Shown: positions 1 to 12,080, counted from the first letter of the stretch. The stretch is 64,000 nucleotides of DNA from Torpedo marmorata (GCA_977017645.1 OZ360243.1:28830001-28894000), one strand, 5' to 3'. Numbers and translations are program-made. Notes: generated by a model from the letters alone, not told the origin.

Positions 1-149
1 TTGTTTTACTGTAATACATTATTAACTCCAAATGTGCCCTCGTGTTCATTTGCCATCCAATAGTAATCATTTATTAGCATTGAGAAATTAGATTGTCTTT
101 TCCCAATAAATTATGGTGAGGCTTTTGTTGTTACTTTGACAAAACCCAT

Positions 150-625
150 CTATAGGAAGGGTATCAATAAGTTGGAAGGAGTGCAGAGGAGATTCCCCAG
201 GATGTGTTGAGTTGTCAGGAGAGGTTGGATAGGCCAAGTTTTTATTCCCGAGAGCGTTGGAGACTGAGGGATTGCTTTATCGAGGTTTATAAAATTATTA
301 GGAGCATGGATAAAGTGAATGCTCACAGTCTGTTTCCCAGGGTAGATGATTCTAGAACTCGAAAGCACAGGTGAGAGGGGAGAGATTTCAGAGGAACACG
401 ATGAGATTCTTTTTCACTTGGAGGGTAGTCTGTATCTGGAACGAACTGCCAGAGGAAGCTAGAAGCAGGTACAATTACAACATTCAAAAGACATTTGAAC
501 AGGTGTATGGAGAGGAAGGGTTTGGAAAGATGTGAACAAATGCAGGCAAATGGGGCTAATCCAGACTGCAATTTGAGTGGCGTGGACGTTGGGCCAAAGG
601 GCCTGTTCTGTGCTGTATTGACTCC
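150..625 (+). mobile_element. CR1-type LINE 3' fragment (degenerate)
   Basis: CR1 ORF2 C-terminal/3'UTR phrases (gaaggagtgcagaggagatt, tggaacgaactgccagagga, gggccaaagggcctgttctgtgctgta); boundaries approximate. Confidence 0.75.
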
Positions 626-717
626 AAACCTTGGCAAACCTTTGACCTCATCACAGTCAAGATTACATTCGGAATTAGCAAATTCGATAACATTAAATTT
701 TAAATTTGACTTTTCAG

Positions 718-847
718 GAAGAAAAGAAATGCTTTTCATGTGATTCTCGGACTCCTTTTGCTGCAAATGAAAACAGTCACAGAATTGAGAATGTGGTCAC
801 GACTTTTGCTCACAATCGACTAAATACCTGGTGGCAGTCTGAAAATG
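718..847 (+). CDS. LAMB1: LAMB1 exon (LN domain; ~human exon 4)
   Basis: ttttcag|GAA...AATG|gtatgt; [43 protein letters not shown](G). Confidence 0.93.
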
Positions 848-2282
848 GTATGTGTAGCTCCTGTGTGAATTGAATGTACTCATCATTAAGACCTGATTGT
901 ATGTCTACTTGGAATCTGATTTAGTTAGGAGAACGCGCTTTTTGATCTTGAAACCTCATCGCAGTCGCATTAACTTAACTCTTTTCAATGTACTGACTTG
1001 TTTAAATGATACCTCCTGGATTACTGTACTGGGGCATGCTGACCAGCATTTTCTGATTTATTGGCAGCACTGTCTCAGTTCATTCATAGCAGGTTAGTTT
1101 AATTGCTTTTGGTGATTCTGAACCTTGAAAAAGGCTGGCGCACGATGGTGGCAGGAAAGGAGTGGATGAAATCAGCTAAGATTTCCAAGTGCTCACTTCT
1201 GCCCAGTGACCCCTGAGAATTGTGAATAAGTGCGGACATCTACTTGGTTATGAGGCCCCTCCTTGAGACAGCAATTAGAGACTGTTCTCAAAAGATAAAA
1301 TATCACTTGTTTGAAGGCTAAAGAAAGGATTGTTTTGCGGGGGAACTATATCTCAATTTAACGTGCAATTGAAAAGGTGTGAAAGGAAAAAGAAATGTGA
1401 GAAACGTTCCTAAATGGAGGGCTCAACATTGAATGTATAGTGCATGTTGTAATGGCATTGTGTCATGAACTGTTCATTAGAGTGAAGGAAATTTAAACAT
1501 AATGCTAAAATCGAGCAACTTTTCACACCAACATTACCTTTTCTCAAATCTTAAAAAAAAAAAGAGCTCGTGTTTTAGATTCAGAAATCTGTTTTTAAAA
1601 AAAAAAATGAGAATGGTTTTGTGAAAATTATTAAATAGCATTGAGCATTAATTTTACCAAGTGGTTAAAAATCTTTTGGATAGTCTTTTATTTAGAAATG
1701 TAGGTCTGACCTGTAACTAGATTTCCTGTAAAATAATTCTTTAGCCCATGGATCTCTCACTTGAGTAGCTTTTATATTAGGCCCTGTGGTTTTTGGACGT
1801 GACTAAGTGGAAGAGGTAACATGTTTTGATGTTAATAGCAATTTTCTTTTGTGTTGCATTTTTTCTTTAAATTCCAGCAAGTTCCAAGTGTTTTCTTATT
1901 TTTGGGAAAATGTATGGTGCTCTCAACCAAAAAGATGAGGAAACCCATTCCGCATATTTCAAGATATTTCATCTTGATGTACATTTGAGTCCTTTCTTTT
2001 TGTTGGTTTCATTTTAAAGCAAGATGCTTTTAAATTTCGCCATACTATTTAGGTACAACTTCAAATTGAAAGGATTGTTTTGATATTAATATCATGGTGG
2101 TGTTGTGAGCATCACATTTTAGTTACTGCACATTTCTTCAAATGTGCAGTAACTAAAATGTGACGCACTCTTTGCTCAGTACAGAATAATAACTTCCACA
2201 CATTTGCCAGAATTTCTGTTGACATAAATCCCTAAAATCAGTACTTGTAGAAAAGAATGGCAAACCACACGTCAAGAAATAT

Positions 2283-2635
2283 GTCCCCGGTCGCGTCCAC
2301 CTGCCCGCCCCTCGGAGCTCTCGAAGCACCAATCTCGAACGCCACCTGGTCCCAGCCAGCTGCCCGCATCCCCATTGGAGCTCCCGATGCCAGAACGTGG
2401 AATTACCACTGCCCGCCCCCCACCATCGGCGCTTCGAACGCGGACCTACCACCTGCCCCCCCCCCCCCATCCGAGCTCCCGACGCCTCGAACGCGGACTT
2501 AGCACCTGCCTGCCCATCCGAGCTCCCGACGCAGGTACTTAATGCAGTCAAAAGTAGTATGCGTGTAATAGTCGACCCCCTAAAATTTACCCTAAAAATT
2601 GGTCCACAAAATTCGATTATCACAAGTATATTCGG
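2283..2635. mobile_element. Partial pogo/Passer-type MITE with GC-rich internal repeats
   Basis: Ends ...agtatattcgg|TA; shares gagctcccgacgc repeats and the gtaatagtcgacccccta end with 11405-11877. Confidence 0.6.
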
Positions 2636-2639
2636 TATG

Positions 2640-2855
2640 TGTACTTTTCGATTATTGAAACTAATACAAATGAGCAGTTTAAAAACTAAATACATGAACA
2701 TTACGTACATGTATTTCTTAATATATAAAATTTTTAAACAAAATGTGCAGGTAAGAGTAAAAACGCGTATGTAATATTTTTTCATGTCTTGCGGCACTCA
2801 AACATCTGAAGTTTATCGTATGTGGCTCTTGCGTTAAGCAAGTTGACCACCCCTG
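2640..2855. mobile_element. hAT (Charlie-like) terminal fragment
   Basis: Ends aagttgaccacccctg (reverse complement CAGGGGTGGTCAAC, a hAT-Charlie-like TIR); partner end not found. Confidence 0.5.
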
Positions 2856-3033
2856 CGCTATAAGTTTGGAGTGCAGATGTTGGTTGAGCTATATGGTCTC
2901 TTGGTGATATGCTTTCATGTTATGACTCGTCATTTATTTTATATTTTGCCTCATTAAAAAAACTGAAGTTTCATGCTTTGAAGCTGTTTAAAACAATTAT
3001 TGTAAATTTTTATCCTTTTGTTTCTTTTTATAG

Positions 3034-3107
3034 GCATAGAAAATGTTTCTCTTCAATTGGATCTGGAGGCTGAATTCCATTTTACCCACCTCATCATGAC
3101 TTTCAAG
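3034..3107 (+). CDS. LAMB1: LAMB1 exon (LN domain)
   Basis: tttatag|...AAG|gtaaag; 74 nt; [24 protein letters not shown]. Confidence 0.95.
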
Positions 3108-3888
3108 GTAAAGATTCATATGCTAATGCTGAAAATTCCAATCTTTTTAAGAGAGTGAAAGAATATGTAAAATGACCTTTCATTTGTGAAATTTTTACTG
3201 GCGTAAGTGAGGTTTGCTTTGTAACTGACCTTTTTAAATTGTGATCTTCCAAACCTAATGCTGGCGTGGACTTTACTCATGGAAATTATTGTCCTTTTTT
3301 GGGGGGGGGGGCAGTGAAAATGCTTTAAAGTCGATAAAGGGCTTGTGAATTTTACTATGAGTTTATCAGACTGAAGAACTTGAATTCTGTTGTGTTCTCT
3401 GAGGACACTTTAGTTGTCATTGAGGCTGACATAATAAAGACATTTTAAACTCAGTAAAACAAGTGCATTTAAGATTATGGTATGCAGCCAGTAACTATAT
3501 CCTGCCAAAATGGTGGTGGCTCTCCAATAAAATCTGCTTTATAAAGAACCACGTGTGAAGAACTGGGAATGGTTTCAGCAGTTCAGATGTTGTACGTGTG
3601 GTAGTTACTGCATGAGTGTATTTCTATGGCACTTTGATATTGACAGTTTATTAGTTTGGTGCTACTTGATTTGCTTGCATGCATCTTTTGAACAGCTGAC
3701 AGTAGTCAGCTAATCAGGCCTTCCTTGTAGCTGTATGCATGAAATTTAAACACGAGCTAGCAAAACTGTTACCTCAAGAAATTTTGATTTGGTCTTTTGC
3801 TTTTGAGTGGACTCTGGCTTTGTGCATGAGTTCTAACAATGTAATGAAGACTTGTTCACTACTAAATCAAAGACTCTCTTGTGCTCAG

Positions 3889-4077
3889 ACTTTTCGTCCA
3901 GCTGCTATGATGATTGAGCGGTCTTCAGACTTTGGAAAGAACTGGCAGGTGTACAGGTATTACGCTTATGACTGTGAGACGTCCTTTCCAGGCATTTCAG
4001 CAGGATCACTAAAGAAAGTGGACGACATTATCTGCGATTCTCGGTATTCTGATATTGAACCTTCAACAGAAGGAGAG
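3889..4077 (+). CDS. LAMB1: LAMB1 exon (LN domain)
   Basis: gctcag|...GAG|gtatgt; 189 nt; [35 protein letters not shown]...[14 protein letters not shown]. Confidence 0.95.
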
Positions 4078-4278
4078 GTATGTGAAAAATGCTTATTTAT
4101 TTCTGTGGCAAAATGATGTGGACAAATCTAAGGAATGTTACATTGCATTGCATTCAAAGTATTTAAATCCAACACTTTGTCCATGGATGTAATTTGTAAA
4201 TTAAACAAGCATGCATGATCTGCACATATTGTCATTTATATTATCATTTAAAAAAAAACTCTCCTTGTTTGCCTTTAG

Positions 4279-4342
4279 GCTATCTATCGTGCGTTGGACC
4301 CAGCCTTTAAAATCGAAGATCCTTATAGTCAAAGAATACAAA
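4279..4342 (+). CDS. LAMB1: LAMB1 exon (LN domain)
   Basis: ctttag|...A|gtaatt; 64 nt; AIYRALDPAFKIEDPYSQRIQ. Confidence 0.93.
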
Positions 4343-6179
4343 GTAATTTTTCTATATGGGTTATGATTTCCTTTTGCTGCCTCTACTAATCTGTCTGTAC
4401 TAAATATTTTCCCTCATTGTTTTTCTGATTCTTTCTGTGTTGACACTGTACAACTGCTCCAATGGATTTTTATTGCATGTACTTTCCCATGCAGCATGAA
4501 TGCTTCCTGTTGACTAAGATTTGTTTGCTGTCAAGTGTCAAATCTTTTTTCGTGATGTAATTTTTGGCTGAGGATTGGAAAATGTAGACATTTAAAAGAA
4601 AGCTCAACTTCCAGCCATTGTTCAAGATTGTCTGTTACTTTTATATTCCTGCCGAAGTAACAGTTCAGCTGAAATATAAAAGTAACAGACTTGTTCAGTT
4701 TAGTTGAAGGGAAGTGGTAATGAAGGGATTCGGGGGAACTTTTTCCTTCACCAACAAAACATCTCAATTAATTTTGACAAAATCTGAAATTTTGATGTCA
4801 CTTTAAAAACTAGCCATGGTTCCATCCAGATTTGCATTTAAGTTTACTCCGGCAAGTTTCCAATTGACAGCAGAACTTTTTTTTGGCCTGTATCATTGGA
4901 ATGGAACTGCAGTGTCTGCAGGAGAGCACTTTGGCTTCAATGAATTTAACTGCATTATCTTTAATTAATTGGAAAAAGATAGGACTGGACCACAAGTTAA
5001 AGTCCGAAGTTGGGGCAAGGCTACTTTTGACGCTATTAGGCAGAAACTTGTAAAGATTGATTGGGAGAGACTGTTTTGTAGGTAAAGTGATGTCTGGAAA
5101 GTGGGAAGCTTTTAAAAGAGAGAGAGAGGAAAAGATCAGGGAAAGTGTGTTCCTATTGGACTGAAGGGCAAGTTTAGTAAGGTCAGGGAACTGTGGATGA
5201 CCAGATATATTAAGGCTCTAGTCAAGAAAAAGGAGGCATATGTCAGTTATAGATGGTTGAAATCAAATGAATCCTTTGAGTAGCATAGCGGATGTAGGAA
5301 ATTGTTTGAGGGAAATAAGGAGGACAAAGAGGTTCTGTCAGATAAAGTTAAGGAAATTTCTAAGAGAAAGTAGGCTGGTCTGGAAGGTTAGATTGCATAG
5401 GGTGAACTGGCCAATTGGATACAGGATTAGCTTGATGGTAGTAGAGGGCTGTTATTCAGATTGGAGGCCTGTGACTTGTGTGTGACAGGGATTGGTGTTG
5501 CAGCCATTGTTGTCATCTATATTAACGACTTGGATGACAATGTAGTTGCATGGTTAGTAAGTTTATGGCATCAAAATTGGTGGTATAGTGGGCAGTGAAG
5601 AAGTTTACCTGAGATTGCAACAGGAATCGGGGAAGAAGGCCAAGAGATGGCAGATGGACTTTAACTCTGATAAGAGTGAGCTATTGCGCTTCAGTTGGTT
5701 AAACGAGGGCTGGACTTGCAAGATGAAGGGTAGGGCCCTGGAGAGTGTTGTGGAACAAAGAGACTTGGAGCTGAAGTTATGTAATTCCATGACAATGGCA
5801 ATGCAAATATCCAAGGTGGTGAAGGTGTTTGACACCCTTGGCTTCATTGGTCAAGGCATTGAGTACTGTGATGTTTCTTTTATTGTAATAATGAAACTTG
5901 GGTTCTTTTAAAACAACTAATCTTTATTAGCTATAGAACTCATTCATGACCGTGTGGAGGCATCCATCTTGAATCCAACCGAAGCTGCAACAAACTAGTC
6001 TCCGACTCCCTCTAGTGATCAGGAGGATCACTAGCACTCTTATCACTACATCCCCTTTCCTTGAGATGTTTTATCTAACAACATGACACACTAATACAGT
6101 ATTCATTTCAATTTAAAGTTCAACACAAATTTAAACACAACATCAGCAGCACAAACATTTAAGTGTGCAGTTCTTTTTC

Positions 6180-7143
6180 TTTTAGAGATTCAGCCTGTCA
6201 GGTGCTTTGATAACATGTGTGGACCTTCTTAACACAGGTGCTTGTGTCGGCTCTGCTGGTCCACTACTGTCCTGCTTGGCTGTTCAGTGTCTGTTGGTTT
6301 ATAATCTTTCTCCACTACCATGCCAACAAAAAGTGTATCACTGAGAGCAATTACTTATCGTGTGCACACTTTTACTTCTGTTTTGTTTCCCTTTGGAAAA
6401 ACATTGCTTTGCGTAGTGATTCTGCTCTTTGCACTTATTACAGACTTTTCCATAAGCTGGGCATTGTTTTGGTGCATGTTTAGTGCCACATCATTTACAA
6501 TTGAATGTCTCCGTCTTTTTGTTGTTTCCTATATCTCATTTTTTGTTTGTGTGTGTGTCCCAACACTGGCTACAGCTATGCCTTCGTTTTCACTGGCTTT
6601 TGCACTCTCACCAAACTTTTTCGCGTGCTGCAGAGCTAATTAACTGGCGTGGCATATCTTCACAGCTCCAGCTAAGGTAAGCTTTGTCTCTCGCAGCAAC
6701 CTCTCTCACTTTCTTATCAATAATCCCGAACACAATTTGATCACGGATCATTGAATCTTGCAGCGATCCAAAATTGCATGTTCTTGCTTTTAATTTCAAG
6801 TCCGTTTATATAAAAAAAAAGTATCAAAGCTCTCTCCCTGCAGCTGCGTGCGCAAGCGAAGCACGTACCTCTCGAACTTTTCATTTTTCTTTGGTGAACA
6901 GTGTTCATCAAACATCTCGATAACCTTGTCAAACTTGCCCTGGTCTTCTGCCTCGGCAAAAACAAATGTATTGAAAACCTCTAGTGCTTGAGGTCCCACC
7001 ATGGTAAGTAGCAGTGCAATCTTCCGAGCATCAGGTTTGCTGTCGAGTCCAATGGCTTGCAGGTACAGCATGAATCTTTGTTTGAAGAACCTCCAATTGT
7101 GGTCGACATTTCCAGTCCAATTTACAGCCTTTACACTTTCCAT
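6180..7143 (-). pseudogene. Frameshifted gag with CCHC-type knuckles, plus a short pol/integrase C-terminal tail
   Basis: MESVKAVNWTGNVDHNWRFFKQRF...KIALLL...GESFDTF / LKLKARTCNFG...IRDQIVFGI / CGTKH...CPAYGKVCNKCKKQNHYAKQC; tail RRSTHVIKAPDRLNL*. Confidence 0.85.
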
Positions 7144-7177
7144 TTCTCTGCTGCTATCGACTGATTCTAACTCTGCA

Positions 7178-7463
7178 CACTCCTGGTGTTTCTTCCACTC
7201 CTGGTGTTTCTTCCACTCCTGGTGTTTCTTCCACTCCTGGTGTTTCTTCCACTCCTGGTGTTTCTTCCACTCCTGGTGTTTCTTCCACTCCTGGTGTTTC
7301 TTCCACTCCTGGTGTTTCTTCCACTCCTGGTGTGCACACTCCTGGTGTTTCTTCCACTCCTGGTGTGCACACTCCTGGTGTTTCTTCCACTCCTGGTGTG
7401 CACACTCCTGGTGTTTCTTCCACTCCTGGTGTGCACACTCCTGGTGTTTCTTCCACTCCTGGT
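7178..7463. repeat. Perfect minisatellite built from PBS core (17x CACTCCTGGT; 18-bp and 33-bp units)
   Basis: (cactcctggtgtttcttc)x8, then (cactcctggtgtgca cactcctggtgtttcttc)x4, then the PBS copy itself; minus-strand frame reads (PGVEET/PGVCT)n. Confidence 0.95.
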
Positions 7464-7467
7464 ACCA
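7453..7467 (-). promoter_or_regulatory. Primer-binding site complementary to tRNA-Leu(UAA) 3' end
   Basis: TGGTACCAGGAGTGG directly after the 5' LTR; matches the recalled vertebrate tRNA-Leu-TAA end ...CCACTCCTGGTACCA. Confidence 0.8.
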
Positions 7468-7851
7468 TGTGATGTTTCTTTTATTGTAATAAAGAAACTT
7501 GGGTTCTTTTAAAACAACTATACTTTATTAGCTATAGAACTCATTCATGACTGTGTGGAGGCATCCATCTTGAATCCAAACGAAGCTGCAACAAGCAAGT
7601 CTCCGACTCCCTCTAATGGTCAGGAGGATCACTAGCACTTTCACAACAAGTACAGGAGCGGGGATGTCATGTTCCAAATGTACAAGACGTGGGTGGCGTA
7701 TTATGTGCCCTTTTGGTCACCCAGCTATAGGAAAGATATCATTAAGCTGGAAAGGGTGCAGAAGCAATTCAATTGCAATTCCCAATACTCTAATGAAGAC
7801 TGGTTGGCTGGAATTACGAGGAGGGGTTGAAGCGTAGGAAGCTAATGGGAG

Positions 7852-10793
7852 GGTAAAAGCACTGGAATGTTGGAGGAACTCAGCTGGTCTTTTCAGCATC
7901 TATAGGAGACAAAGATATATTGCCGACGTTTCGGGCCTGAGCCCTTCAAGGAAAAATCAGAAAAGGCAGAAGCAGGATATATCAGAAAGTCTCAGAATTC
8001 AAACAATGGGGGAGGAATCCAGACCAATAAAAGGTGTTAATTGGATGTGATAAGGGACTAGGTAGAATTTATCATGTCTGTGCGAAAGGAGACCGGGAAT
8101 GGAGAGACGACGGGGAAGAAGGGGGTGGGGTGGGTTTAACGAGAGCCAGAGAAGTCGATATTTATGCTATCCGGTTGGAGGGTGCCCAGTCGGAAGATGA
8201 GGTGTTGCTCCTCCAATTTACGGGTGGTCTCAGTCTGGCAGTACATGAGACCATGGACAGACATGTCGTCAAGGGAATGGGATGGAGAATTGAAATGGGT
8301 GGCCACTGCGAGATCCACGCTATTGCGGCGGACAGGGCCAAGGTGCTCAACAAAGCGATCTCCCAGTCTGCGTCCAGTCTCTCCGATATAGAGGAGACCA
8401 CAACAGGAGCACCGGATGCAGTAGATGACCCCTGCAGATTCACAAGTGAAATGTTGCTTCACTTGGAAGGACTGGGGCCCCAAATGGTGCTGAGGAAGGA
8501 GGTATGGGCACGTGGAGCATCTCCTGCGGTCACAGGGGTAGGTCCCAAGGGAACGATTGGTGGAGAGGGAGGAGTAGACAAGGGAGTCACGGAGGGAGCG
8601 GTCCCTGCGGAAGGTGGAGTGGGGAATATGTGTATAGTGGTGGGATCACGTAGTAGGTGGCGGAAATGGCGTAGGAGGATGTGTTGGATGCGGAGGCTGG
8701 TGGGGTGGTAGGTGAGGACAAGAGGAATCCTATCCTTGTTGCACGTGGGGACGGAGTGGGGCCAGGGAAGATGTACGGGTAATGGAGAATATGCGGGTGA
8801 GTGCCGAGTTGATGGTGGCAGAGGGAAAGCCACGTTGTTTGAAGGAGGACATCTCTGATGATCTGGCATGGAAGTCCTCATCCTGGGTGCAGGTGTGACG
8901 GAGACGGAGGAATTGAGAGAATGGAATGGAATCCTTACAGGGGACAGGGTGGGAAGAGGTGTAGTCGACGTAGCTGTGGGAGTTGGTGGGTTTATAGACG
9001 ATGTCTGTCGAGAGTTTGTCTCCTGAGATGGAGACAGGGAGATCGAGGAAAGGGAGAGTGTTGCTAGAGATGAACCAAGTGAATTTGAGGTCGGGGTGGA
9101 AGTTGGCAGCAAAGTGGATGAAGTCAACGATCTCATCATGGGTACATGAGGCAGCACCAAAGTAGTCATCGATGTAGCGGAGGAAGAGTTGAGGGGCCTT
9201 GCCTGTGTAGGCTTGTAGCATGGATTTCTCCACGTAGCCAACAAAAAGGCAGGCATAGCTGGGGCCCATGGGGGTACCCGTGGCTACCCCTTTAACCTGG
9301 AGAAAGTGCAATGTCAAAGGAGAAATTATTGAGAGTGAGGACAAGTTCTGCCAGCCAGAGGAGGGTGACTGTTGGTTCTATTGTCTAGAAAGAAACAAAG
9401 GGCTTTGAGGCCTTCAGTATGGGGAATGGAGGTGTATGGGAATTGGATATCCATGAGGCGATCGAGTTCAGGGAACTGGAAGTTGTTGAAGTGATGGAGG
9501 GCGTGTGAAGTGTCCTGGATGTAGGTGGGGAGGGACTGGACAAGGGGAGACAAAACAAAGTCAAGGTAATCGGAGACCAATTCGGTGGGGCAGGAGCACG
9601 CGGACACGATGGGTCTGCCGGGACAATTGGGTTTGTGGATCTTGGGTAGGAGGTAGAAATGGGCGGTACAGGGTTGGGAAACAATAAGGTTGGAGGCCGT
9701 GCCAGGGAGGTGACCGGAAGTGATGAGTTCAGAGATGGTGCATGATACAGTGGTTTGATGAGTTTTGGTGGGGTCCTGTCTGGCCAGATAGAGGTCAGTG
9801 CGCCAGACCACAACAGCACCACCCTTGTCTGCAGGTTTGATGGTGAGGTTTGGATTGGTGCGGAGAGAGTGGAGGGCCAGGTGTTCCGAGGGGGTGAGAT
9901 TGGAATGAGTGAGGGGAGTAGTGAAGTCGATACGGTTGATGTCACGGCGGCAGTTGGAAATATAAAGGTCCAGAGCAGGTAGAAGACGAGGTGTCCAGGA
10001 GGAGGAAGACGTTTTAAAGTGGGAGAAGGGATCTATAGTGGGGGGTGGAGAATCGTGGTTGTGGAAGGAAGCATGGAGACGGAGCCGATAGAAGAAAAAT
10101 TCAACATCATGGCGTGCGCAGAACTCGTTAAGGTGTGGACGAAGGAGGACAAAGATGAGGCCTCTACTGAGGACAGAGCATTCAGTCTCCGAGAGGGGAA
10201 GGTCAGAGGGGATGGTGAAGGCCAGGCAGGGGTTAGGGGGAGGTTCAATGGAGTGGAGGGTGTTGGGGAGGAGGATGGAGTGGATCGGGAGGTGGAGGGT
10301 AGGAAGGGTCCAAGTGAGGATGGGGAGGGTTGGGAAAGTCAGAGGGTGGAGAGAGAGAGGCCTGTGCCAGGGTGGGAGTTCGCGACGGAGGCTCGGTCCT
10401 GTAGCTCGCAGGGGCCAAGGTGGAAACCCGCGTCTGAAGCTCGGTTCTGTCGGTCGCCGAGTTCTGGGTGAAAGTTCATGTCGGAGTTTCGATCCTGTAG
10501 GTCGCCGGGGCCAAAACGGAGACCCGCGTGTGAAGCCAGGTCCTGTGGGCTGGCGGGTTCAGGGTGAAACTTCATGTCGGAGGCTTGATCCTGTAGGTCA
10601 CCAAGGCCAAGGTGGAGACCCGTGTCAGGAGCTCCGTCCTGTATGTCACCGGGGCTAAGGCAGAGACCCGTGTCAGGAGCTCGGTCCTGTAAACCGCCAG
10701 GGCCAAAGTGGAGACCCAGCTGGGGGGGTCCCCGAGGCGGCAGTCTCCAGGGACGCGAGCTTCCGATCCTTGATGGATGCCATGTGTGCGTAA
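7852..10793 (-). mobile_element. Penelope-like element (RT + GIY-YIG), long copy, frameshifted
   Basis: RT motifs FYLLPKIHKP..PGRPIVS, QVKGVATGTPMGPSYA, FLRYIDD; GIY-YIG VIYCIRCSCCGLLYIGETGR; 10-bp direct repeat CTAATGGGAG at 7842-7851 and 10794-10803. Confidence 0.9.
10365..10720 (-). repeat. Degenerate 48-bp tandem repeat (~7 copies) within the Penelope 5' coding region
   Basis: Recurring ccaaggtggagacccg.gtc.ggagctcggtcctgta; minus frame gives 16-aa repeats (PGDLQDR..D.G.HLG). Confidence 0.8.
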
Positions 10794-11364
10794 CTAATGG
10801 GAGAGTCCTAGTGGAGCTTTATAAAATCATAAGGGGCACAGATAAGATAAATAGTCATTGTCTTTCTCCCAGGGAATCTAGAACTAGAGGACACAGACTT
10901 GAGGTGAGAGGGGAAAGATTTAAAAGGGACCTGAGGGGAAACTTCATACAGAGGGTGGTGGGTATATGGAACAAGCTGCCAGCGCAATCGGCAGAAACAG
11001 GAACAAATACAATATTCAAAAGATATTTCTACATGTACATAGGAAAAGTTTGGAGGGATATGGGCCGAAAACAGGAAACTGGACTCTTTAGTAGGCATGG
11101 ACAAGTTGGGGTGAAGGGTCTGTTTTCTTTCTGTAGAACTCCAACTCTATTAAGTCCCCTTCCAGGTGTATAAACATTTTCAGATGAAATAGATTTTAAA
11201 AATTTGATTAATTCAACTGGGTGTCGATCTGATTTTTCCCAATTTTGCATTTTCCAAGTGCAGTAAAAAATAAAGATTTTTGATTCAATTGCAGTTCGAG
11301 CTTTTGCAGCTTTCACAGGAGTACCTTTTGTATTCAATTTCCTACATTTTCTTGTCCAATCATT

Positions 11365-11368
<4 letters not shown>

Positions 11369-11416
<48 letters not shown>
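11369..11416. repeat. (TA)n microsatellite
   Basis: Visible pure TA run. Confidence 0.95.
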
Positions 11417-11422
<6 letters not shown>

Positions 11423-11877
11423 CGTGTAATAGTCGATGCTGTGTAAAAGACAACCCCCTGTTTTTGGCCCAAAAATCTGTTTATTTTTCCATATATTGCG
11501 TCTAAAAGTCGAGCCCACGCCCATCTGTGCTCCCGACGCCCCGACTGCATTCTCTCACCTAGGCCGTCCAGTCATCCGAGCTCCCGATGCCCCAACCACG
11601 GATTCTCGCCGGCACCCTGACCGCGAACCCTTGTCTCGGCCGCCCACCCGCCGGAGCTCCCGCTGCCCCAACTGCGAACCCTTGCCTCAGCCGCCCACCC
11701 ACTGGAGCTCCCGACGCCCCAAACGTGGACTTGCCACCCGGCCATCTGAGCTCCCGACGCCTCGAGTGACACAGGTACTTACCACAGTCAAAATTAGTAT
11801 GCATGTAATAATCGACCCCCTAAATTTTACCCTAGAAATTGATCCCCAAAACTCCACTATTACACGAGTATATATAG
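11405..11877. mobile_element. pogo/Passer-type MITE abutting (TA)n
   Basis: Imperfect TIRs cgtgtaatagt / actattacacg, TA flanks, internal gagctcccgacgcccc repeats. Confidence 0.65.
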
Positions 11878-12080
11878 TAATTGGCTGAGCAGCTATTTTT
11901 TATTAACTTCTCTATATTTTTTGGGAATATCATAACATGAAAAAATGAAGCTGAATATTTTTATGAATTCTTAGTCCAATGCAATTAACAACTAACATTA
12001 ATAGAAGCATTTGAAGAAACTCATTGTGTTGTCTTGAATATTGCAACAAATTCTAATTAAATTGCATATTTATTTTGAAG

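Larger units (their letters stand above)
5867..7648 (-). mobile_element. Non-autonomous Gypsy/Mag-like LTR retrotransposon (gag retained, pol deleted)
   Basis: TG...CA LTRs at 5867-6050 and 7468-7648 (~94% identical by eye); 5-bp TSD AGTAC (5862-5866/7649-7653); PBS 7453-7467; PPT 6051-6062 (aaggaaagggga on minus); AATAAA in LTR on minus. Confidence 0.92.
4965..11140 (+). mobile_element. CR1 LINE split by two nested insertions (pieces ~4965-5866, 7649-7851, 10794-11140)
   Basis: Degenerate RT (W.PVT, YINDLD, WQMDFNSDK). Sequence rejoins across insertions as ggcattgagtac|aggagcgggg and gctaatgggag|agtccta; the CR1 3' end follows. Confidence 0.8.

Noticed and set aside
2153-2797. 214-aa minus-strand ORF
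   Set aside because: It spans a GC-rich MITE and AT-rich flanks, with no recognisable domain.
7001-7512. Repetitive ORFs (HSWCFF)n, (LLVFLP)n, (TRSGRN)n as proteins
   Set aside because: They are alternative frames of a stop-free repeat whose units are multiples of 3; there is no independent coding evidence.
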